From the NCBI RefSeq assembly GCF_009914755.1, contig NC_060934.1: a stretch of DNA of 64,000 nucleotides; one strand, 5' to 3'. Source of the DNA: the human T2T-CHM13v2.0 reference genome, Homo sapiens. The notes beneath the pieces are model-generated. The model did no database searches, was not told the DNA's origin, and was given only the letters and a program-made list of their open reading frames with translations. Each line of letters begins with the position of its first letter. The stretch's first letter is position 1. This document shows positions 53,208-64,000 of the stretch, in pieces. The translations under genes were made by a program, and so were the position numbers.

Positions 53208-54740
53208 ATAATAAAACTATTTTTGTTTTTTGACTTTGTTTACCATTATGTTTGTCCAGTTTTTTAACATTGCCTCTATATTTCAGCAAAGAAAGACTTT
53301 TTATTTCCATTTAAAAACAAATTACAAGCAGCAGTAAATAACTTCAGGCTCACAGGGGTAAAGTAACATCCCCAAAGCTTCATGGCTAACATGTCGTGAG
53401 GCTGAGATTGGCTTCTTTGCATTTCTTATTTTAAAGCCCAAAGTCTTCATTCTGACCAACTATGCCCCCATGGGGCTCTTTTTTTACTCTTCAGGAAGAA
53501 AATGTGACTTATGTTGGCCAGAACATTTTCTATTAAAAAGAACAGATTTTCCTGAGCTAACCTACATTTGAGTCTTGCATTGGATTTTGGTTGGCATTTT
53601 AACATAGTGTCCCCAAGGTTCAGATCAGAATCAACAAATATTGTAGGCTGAGTTCTGGGCACCAGGGTAGGCCTTTTCACATTCATACATTTAAACAAGT
53701 CTACAACAAGCCTCTGGGTGAGAATTTGTATCTCCCTTTCACTAAACAGTAAACAGGGGAAGAGGGGTCAAGTCAAGGCCTCTGACAGCTGTACTTGCAG
53801 CTTTATCAACACCAAAAGTGTAGCCTTTTCCTTCTGTGTTCTTGATCAGCCCTGGCCATTAATCTAGTCAGGAAGCCCCAGTTCTCTCCTGTATGCCTTA
53901 CAGATCTATATCTTTATCTATATCTACACATGGAATCCATTAGGAACCTTTCCTGTCTCCTAGAACACCATTTTGTTCAATAAATAATACATCGGTCAAG
54001 GTTAACCAACTTGCCCAAGGTTGTGCAATAAATTGGTGGTGGTGTGGCAGAGAAATGAACTCTGTTCACATCTCCTGACTCCAGGCTGTAACTTTATTCC
54101 CTTGGCCCAACTATTTCAGCGATTTTCAGGATTTGAAATACACATTTCACTTTTTGTAGAAAATACCACTAGTAGGTGAGAATGCTTGAATAGTCCCTAA
54201 AGGCCATACTGGGGTAGCTTAGCCTATTACAGATGTTACTTTCCAACAGGCATATTAAGGGTAACTCGCCATCTGTGCTGGGGAGTTAGGGCCTGGTTTG
54301 TGAACAGCTGGTTTGGCTAGAGTCCTGAGGAAGGTGAACAGATCACTTCTGGGTAATGAACTAGATAATTGCTTTAAATCTGTTTTGTGATGAGGCCAAT
54401 GAGTTACTCAGGCAGGAGTCACTCATGATGTGTTAACTCATGGTGCATCTTCTTTGAGGCCTTGGGGTATTGAATAGCATTAGAGGTGATTCTGAATCCC
54501 CTGCAGGACTAACTTGCCAGACAAGAGAATTATCTCAGTGGGCTAGAGTTTACTGAGCATCTACTAATTGAAAAAGAGTCTCATAGGTTCATAGGTTATC
54601 CTAAGCTTAAAAACACTCAACCAGTAAGGGTATTTTCCTTAACCTACCTCATTTAGCCTAAAGTGTCTGAAAATTTGGTAGTAGAGTGGGTGTGCTTTAA
54701 TACTCAATATATAATCTAAGCTTTGAAAATTGCCCAACCT

Positions 54741-55123
<383 letters not shown>

Positions 55124-55291
55124 CTATTCCAGTGGACGTTGTTTTAAATAAGTTATTCTTCAGACTTGAATATTGACTCTTAGTGTCTTACTGTCTGTTC
55201 TTAGACACTTCAACAAGTCTGCATGTTCTCCAATTGCCCTGACAGCCCATCCAGCTGAAATCCATGTCTTTTGTTATCAGTAAGGAATTAG

Positions 55292-55572
55292 GGCTGGGCG
55301 CAGTGGTTTACGCCTGTAATCCCAGCACTATGGGAAGCTGAGGCGGGAGGATCACTTGAGGCCAGGAGGATCGCTTGAGAACAACTTGGGCAACATAGAC
55401 CTCCAACTCTACAAAAAGCTAAAACAATTAGCTGGGCATAGTGGTGCATGCCTGCAGTCCCAGACTCAGGAGGCTGAGGCCTGAAATTTGAGGTTTCAGT
55501 GAGCTATAATTACACCACTGCACTGCAGCCTGTGTGACAGAGTCCCCATCACTAAAAAGAAAAAGAAAACAA
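55292..55572 (+). mobile_element. AluJ
   Basis: Diverged dimer with J diagnostics. Confidence 0.85.
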
Positions 55573-55850
55573 AGAGAATTAAATCAGTAATTTTCAAATT
55601 GAAAGAACTGTATCAATTTCAGGAATCACTATTTTTCTGAATACAGTATGAATTAAGTTTGAGCTGATTTTCTCAAAAGCTAGGAGAGAGTTGGGGGGGT
55701 TAGATGGCTGTATCTGAGAGCATTATCTGAGTTCCTGAAATTAAAATCACAAGTCTAGGTAATTACTCTAAATGGATATTTTTTTCTTTCAAAATAAAGT
55801 TTCCAGTAAGAAAAAGCAAGCAGCTTCACATTCGTAGAATTTATACTGCA

Positions 55851-56167
<317 letters not shown>

Positions 56168-56180
56168 TTATACTGCAAAG

Positions 56181-56478
<298 letters not shown>

Positions 56479-57304
56479 TGTATATATATATACTGCAAAG
56501 GACATGATTGAAAAAGCCCTCATAAAAACAAAGAAAAAAGGTTTAAAAGAAATATTATCTTTAGCTATGGGTAATTCAAAATAATAATGGTACAAACTAC
56601 TACTTTATTTGTTTTATTATAGAATCTTAGAAGCTGAATATAATTCATTATTTATTTAATCTCTTCATTTTAGAGATGAGAAAAAAAGTTGGAGAAATAA
56701 TATTAGTAGTAATAGTAGCTGCAACTAAAACTTATTGAGTACTTAATATGTCACAGGCACTGCTATGAGTGAATTGCATATATTGGCTTGTTTCTTGCTT
56801 TCAACAATGCTATAAAGTCAATGCCATTATTATTACAGACAGAAAATTCTTGGGATTTTCTTCTCTTTCATATTTAACAGAACCAGACTGGATACCTCCC
56901 CAATTACACACACTGTGGGATAAGGTTTCTGTTAAAAGAGTTGCTATTTGATAAATCAATAAATCCCAGCATCCCTTTCGGAACACTTTGGATTTCCAGG
57001 AACTTAAATACTTGTGGTCACCTACATAATTCTAAAAATGTCACCTCCACTCACAGCTGCTCTCCTGTTACATTTCCTTCACTCTCTACCCAAATCATCC
57101 CCATTCAAGATTGAGGAAGGATTCAAGGTGTTGCCGTAAGTACAAAGTCATCTTTATAAAATGCAAAATAACACAATTATGGAAAATGGCTCCAGGATGC
57201 TATTTTAAGTAATTATTGCTTAAGAACTATGTCTCTTCTTTTACTTTTCTGTGTCCTCCCCTATCCTACCTCTCTGTGGCAGACTCTTCTTTCTAAACCA
57301 TGTG

Positions 57305-57306
<2 letters not shown>

Positions 57307-57337
<31 letters not shown>
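57307..57337 (+). repeat. (GT)15 microsatellite
   Basis: Direct read. Confidence 0.95.
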
Positions 57338-57338
<1 letters not shown>

Positions 57339-58534
57339 TCTTTTTCTGTACCCCGTGGTAAAGATCTAATAAATTGGTCTCCTTATCTCATGCTAAAGGT
57401 GGAGTAAAAAGGTTATTTGATACAGAGGTTCTTTTACCTCATGGTCCAACTTTTCTTCTCTCTGATGGTGCTATGCCTAGTGAAAAAGAACAAGGAGTTT
57501 TCCCTCTCCTGAGTCCAGGTGTGGTCCTAACATTTGCAGGTAAAGATGGTGCCAGGCCTATAGTTGGCACCCCCCTCATCTCTTTTTTTCTATCTCTGCC
57601 CCCATTCTGCACCCCAACTTCCAATTGGAGTTCCAATACCTACCTCCATTGCTTCCACCAAACAACAATATCTTCTCCACCCCCTTGGAACTCCATACTG
57701 GGGTGGAAAATTTTGACTCACAGAGGAAGCTTGCACAGGTTCTGGAAGTGGGCTTGGGGTTATTTCAGCAGGCTGTTCTGCATCCCAAGTAACTGTAATG
57801 GTGCCTAGAATGGGACTCACTGGCTCAGGAAGGGCATGTTTGTTTGTCCCATGGATCCCAAGATCTTTCTGTAGGCAACCAGAGGAGGACCAGAGTGGTA
57901 TTAGATAAATATAGTTAGATCTTACTTTATGAGACCAACCTGTAGTTAACTTCAGTGGAAGTGTGAGCATTTCTTTTACTGAAGGGTCAGGAAAGCACCC
58001 CGAAGCAGGACAGAGAAGAAGAAAAACAAGCTGTAACTTTATGTGACTACCTGGTTGCTTAGGGGTGAGTGTGAGATGTATTATTTAGATCATTGCAGGC
58101 GATGCTTCCTTCTATGTTTATATTTTGCTGGCTTTGAAATGAGTTTGAGGAATGAGGAAATGAGGTCACGAAAATCTACCACTGGCTTTACCCAAGTCAT
58201 CACTCCTGGCCCCACTGATTTATTTTTTCTAAAGAAAACTGATCCAGTCTTCCATGATGAAGACACATTCTTTTATTCATATAGTTCATTGAATTCCTTG
58301 TTTAATGACAGCCCTGATACTATTGTGCTTATAGATATTTGGTTTCTTCTTAAACATGAGGGCCACCTGCAAGCCCATGGACTTGGGCCAATAGTCTTAC
58401 GTTTTCCATGGAATAAAAAGGAGTACCTCAGTTAACCCTACAAGGGACATGTGTGCCCACACACTGCAAACATACACATACCCACATTCACAAACACAGA
58501 AATAGATACTTGTAAGAATATTTTCTAAAACAAT

Positions 58535-59090
58535 TTTTTATTAATGCATAATAGGTTTACATAGTTTGGGGGTATATGTAATATTTAATTTCATATAATT
58601 TCTAAAGATTGGGATATTCATTACCTTAAATATTTGTGCTTTCTTTATGTTAGAAACATTTGAATTATTCTCTCTTAGCTATTTTTAAATGTACAATAGA
58701 TTATTGTAAACTATACTCACTTTACTGATCTATTGAACACTATGTCTTCTTTCTTCCATCAAACCATATATTTGTATCCATTAATTAATTTCTCTTCATC
58801 ATCCCTTCCCTTACCCTTCCTGGCTTCTTGTAATCACCATTCTACTCTCTGTCTTCATGGTATGCAGTTTTTAAGTTACCATGCATGAGTGAGAACATGT
58901 GATATTTGTCTTTCTGGGCTTGTCTTATTTCACTTGACATAATGACCTCCAGTTCCATCTATGTTGCTGGAAATAACAGGACTTCATTCTTTTTGTGGCT
59001 CAATAATATTCCATTGTGTATATATGCTTCGTTTTCTTTATCCATTCATCCACTGGTGGCACTTCGGTTGATTTCATATTTTGGCTATGG
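58535..59090 (-). mobile_element. L1MA-type 3'-end fragment
   Basis: atgagtgagaacatgtgatatttgtctttctgggcttgtcttatttcacttgacataatgacctccagttccatc. Confidence 0.85.
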
Positions 59091-60760
59091 AAATAGTTCA
59101 CTTGGAAGAACTTTTATCTACTTCATTCATTTTCCTAATTTTATATTCTGAGGAATGGGAGTTTACTTTCTCTGAGCAAGAACAACTTACAGTGAGAGAT
59201 CAGAAATACAGGAAATGGCAAGATAAACTCAGCCACAGGATAAAAAAAAGCACCATCTCTATCACAGGTACAGAGCATGGAGACTAGAAACATGGAAAAG
59301 AGACAATGGCTGATATGAAGTTGAATGCTTTTGGATATGAATAGGTTCTGGAAAATGTTGGAAACTTGGCTATAGATGTTGCTTTTCAATAATCTTAAGG
59401 CAATATTTGTTTGTCTTATACTTTTAATTGTATAATTAAAAGAAATTTCACATTTTAGATAATGACGTTAGATAACCTTGACTTGTTATTTATCATGTGA
59501 TTCCCTAGGTGACACTGAGACTTATTCTGGACAGTTACCTGGATGTGACCCCATACATCCTTACCCATAATAGATACACATTTATATTGTTAAATGAAGA
59601 TCATTATACACATCTGTAGTGAAACGAATCCACAAAAACTTTCTTCCCAGTTTCTTAGCAAAATAAGAAAGCTTCCAATCCAATGGTAGTACAATCTCTT
59701 AAATCATAAGCAAGCTGGCCACAGGATTCCCCATTTACTGTTATCCCCTTTTCCAACAATCACTTTTCAGTCTCTGCTCTCGTAGCAGAAAATAATCTAG
59801 AACTTGAAAAAGGTACATTTAAAATGTGTTCATTCATTTATTTCTGCAGTACTTAATGAGCACCTATCAAGTGGCAAACACTGCTCTAGATACTGGAGTT
59901 ATGGGAGTAAACAAACAAAATAAAACAACAACACACCTGCTCTCACCAAGTTTCCATAATCAAATAACTTTGTGTTATCTTGCCTCAAGTTCAAAGCCTT
60001 CTTACTCTCCTTCTCCATAATCTGAAACCCATTGTTGTTCAAAGGTGGGTCTTCTTGCTTTTGGGAGATGCACCTGTAAGTAAGTGAGGGCAGCAGGAAG
60101 GGCCAGGGAGCAGCTCACCTGTGATCTGAATGCCGCTGAGGCCCAGTTCACCTCACACACTGGGCAAGGCAATTCCCAATGGCTAAGGGCAATTTCCTTG
60201 TGAGAGAAGCAGATGGTGGCTGCAGGAGCTGGGGCGAGTCCCTTAGTCCTGCAGAGAGGATCTGAGTGGAAAACTGCAGGATTCACTGCCTCAGATTCAA
60301 GAGCCGGAGAAACCTCAAATATAGATCCTGCATGCCAATACTCCAAGAGAGTTCTATCATTGAGATCCACATACACTTATACTTACTGTCTGCTCATATA
60401 GCATTAGAAGTAACCAATTCCTTAGGATTTGTAGGCTCTGCATCAAATAGTTTGCTTATTCTTCAACATATTTTTTAAGTTTTTAGAAACAACTTTAGAT
60501 ATTAATAAGGAATAATTCTAATTCAGTTCACTTTTCCACTCTATCTCCAAACCTAGCTCTCTTCTTCGGTCATTATAGGTGTTTGACATTTGACACATTA
60601 ATTCTCCAACAAGTGAGATAAGAGACTATCTCTATTTTCTTTAAAATTATACTACTGTGTATATACCAAATACTATACCTTAGTCTTGAGTTAATACTTT
60701 TAGTTCTAATCACACAAAGGGAAAAACAAGGGCGATAATACTCTATCGTATTTAACTTGA

Positions 60761-61152
<392 letters not shown>

Positions 61153-61237
61153 CTATTTAATCTGAGTTCACAGAAAAATGGCTTTGCTGAATAAGGAAAA
61201 TAAAACTCCAAGTTTACCTGCAAAATTCCAACCACCC

Positions 61238-61274
61238 GGGGTGTTCCCCGTAGTTTCCCAGCTAATGTGACTCA
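61238..61274. promoter_or_regulatory. Candidate NF-kB plus AP-1 motif cluster
   Basis: GGGGTGTTCCCC, GTAGTTTCCC and TGACTCA within 37 bp of unique DNA; motif-only evidence. Confidence 0.3.
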
Positions 61275-62437
61275 CAGGGTTGATTCTTTTTTAAGGGAGA
61301 ATTAATAAAAGGCAATGAAAAATGTCATTTTGTAAATGTATCTTTATTTAAAAGAAAGATTCAAGGTGTATTTTTGTGATTTATTGACTTGTGTTCTAGA
61401 CATAAAGTATTCTTTAATATAAAATGCACATGATTGGCAGACAGTTTTAATTGTGATTTTGGGGTCTTAGTCTGGATTTCTTAGGCCCCTTTCTGCAAGT
61501 AAGCCTTTTGAAATTCAGTTGCTTCTCCTTCTCCGTGTGGCTCTTTTTGCCCTCTGTGGCTTGCCTGAGTTCATTCCCTTGGGACCCGCATGAGCCCATC
61601 TATTTGTTTACCAGCAGAGAGGGCTACCTGACAGGTTCCCTGCAAAAAGGGAGCTTCTCTCTTCTCAGAAGGCTGTTTGATCCTATCACAAGCCTTGCCA
61701 TCTGTTGAATAAATATAGGCAAGGGAAAGTTCAAAGTATCAGCACATGTGAAAACAGCCAGGCTGCTCGGCTTGGAGCCCTGCAATTCAAATGGCCCTTG
61801 AATAATTTTATGCCATTTGCAAAAGTTTTATTGGGAATGAAGTCTAGCAAGCATTGAATTTTTAAGTTTGCTTTTCTGATTTTTTCCCCAAAAATGAACA
61901 GGTGTAATTTTCTTGGTGAAAGTTCCCGTCACCCTTTTATTTTTCCTTATCTGTTCCATACTCCTTCTTGTATTAGTTAAGAAAAGAAAAAAGAAGAAGA
62001 AGAAACTTTAGGGGCCTAGAAAGAGTGAAGGGAAAAAAACTAAACCAGATCCTTAGGTCCCATTTCATGAGTAGAAATTTGAAGACCTTTTCCAGGTTTC
62101 TTGGTTTGTTTTTCCCTATTATTTAAAAGTCACATGTTCTATGTGCCTATAACAATATTTAGAGGCAGAATTAAATACTGCATAGGAACACTGCAGTGCG
62201 AGAGGCTCACTGTTTCATCAACACTTTTATTTCACTTTTTTATATTGGATACATTTAGGGTAAGTTTTATCTTGGTGCATCATTTAACTAATTCTCTTAC
62301 CCTTTTCCTTGTGGAGCTGTCAATGCCAGCACACAAAAAACGAATAAAATGAAAAATATAAGCCCAAATAATCACACCGGAGCAGGCTGTTAGATGGGTT
62401 AGCATCTACATCTGTTCCCAACCTTAATCTCTCTGCC

Positions 62438-62749
<312 letters not shown>

Positions 62750-62755
62750 CCTTAA

Positions 62756-63110
<355 letters not shown>

Positions 63111-63354
63111 AGCCCCCTTAATTTTTAAAATACCTCTTTTTATATTACTTGTGGAGCAAGAACAACGAATTTTCAGCCAAGTAATGCAGGGGTAATATCT
63201 GTTACCCCCTCTTATTTTTCAGAGACTTGGCCTTTCCATTGTTATTTCATCTTGGCTTTCATAGTTAAGTATAAAACATTTTGTAGAAAAGGCTATTGGC
63301 TACTCTACCATCCCTGGCAGTCAGATACAGTGTTTCACACAAGGAAAACAGAGA

Positions 63355-63545
63355 ACATTTTGTGAATACTTTGCTATGCCAGACACTGTTTTAAGTACTT
63401 AATAACTATTTAATTTAATTATCACAACAACTTATGAAGACGTGTATGGTAAACAAAGACACAGAGAGGTTAAGTCACTTGCCTTATGTTACATAGCTAG
63501 TAAATGGCAGAGTCAGAATTAGAACATAAATACTCCAATATAGTA
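63355..63545 (-). mobile_element. MIR
   Basis: ctatgccagacactgttttaagtactt...cacagagaggttaagtcacttgcc...ctagtaaatggcagag. Confidence 0.8.
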
Positions 63546-64000
63546 GATTTCTTCTCCCCCAACCCCACCCTCACCTCCAAGTATAATATTTTATTTGCTC
63601 TTGGTAAAGTCAATTCATCTTTTCATTCCATCTTCCTTTCCAGCACACTTCACTTCATGTCAGGCAGCACTGAAATGACCCAGGGCATTTTGGAAACTGC
63701 TAAGAAAAAGTTGAACCCGAGATACATTTAAATAGGAATTTAGTGTGTATTTACACAGTTTACACTTGACATTGTGACACAGAGGTGCAAAGACAGAGGT
63801 CAGGATGTAATGCAACTTGTCTATTCCATTACACTAGACCCCAGAGAGTCCAATGATACACACTGCTAAAATACATCATAGGCAGAAGGAACAGGTATAA
63901 TTTGCATGAAGATGGAGGCATGTCCTCCAAACCTTAGAGCTCATAAATTACATAAACTTGATAGAATTTTTTGCAAATTTGACAGCATCCTAAATATTTA

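Noticed and set aside
54399-54426. Short imperfect hairpin atgagttactc-aggcag-gagtcactcat
   Set aside because: An 11-bp stem with a mismatch is too short for a pre-miRNA and is expected by chance.
58254-58317. ATGATGA...CTGA spacing resembling a C/D box snoRNA
   Set aside because: No terminal stem and no recognisable rRNA/snRNA antisense element.
57374-58435. 144-aa and 130-aa plus-strand ORFs in non-repetitive DNA
   Set aside because: Non-ATG starts, no recognisable domain, and lengths within chance expectation for 64 kb.

Overview
This window is human genomic DNA. A near-consensus AluYb8, a human-specific subfamily, lies at 3587-3900. The sequence is AT-rich and CpG-poor, and looks intronic or intergenic. 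It is dense in transposable elements: 21 Alus (J, S, Y, Yd, Yb8), several L1 pieces, L2/MIR remnants, ERV/MaLR LTRs, and DNA transposons including a full-length Tigger1, a Tigger3a, a Charlie1-type element, MER44, MER58 and MER63. I recognise no protein-coding gene. The ORF track is explained by Alu/L1/Tigger sequence or chance, and I found no rRNA, tRNA or CRISPR. The best-supported unexplained structure is a 210-bp inverted copy of nearby unique DNA (source 39548-39757, copy 40926-41135, about 95% identical) inserted into the Tigger1 transposase. Its junction carries a perfect 24-bp fold-back palindrome and a 10-bp duplication, consistent with a fossil template-switch repair event. Other leads are an internal L1PA fragment with no tail or TSD, repeated Alu insertion into the same target site, and several splice-site-bounded candidate exons on both strands. 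Repeat subfamily names come from recalled consensus features, not a RepeatMasker run, and boundaries of old repeats are approximate. I found no evidence for a new multi-gene biological system.
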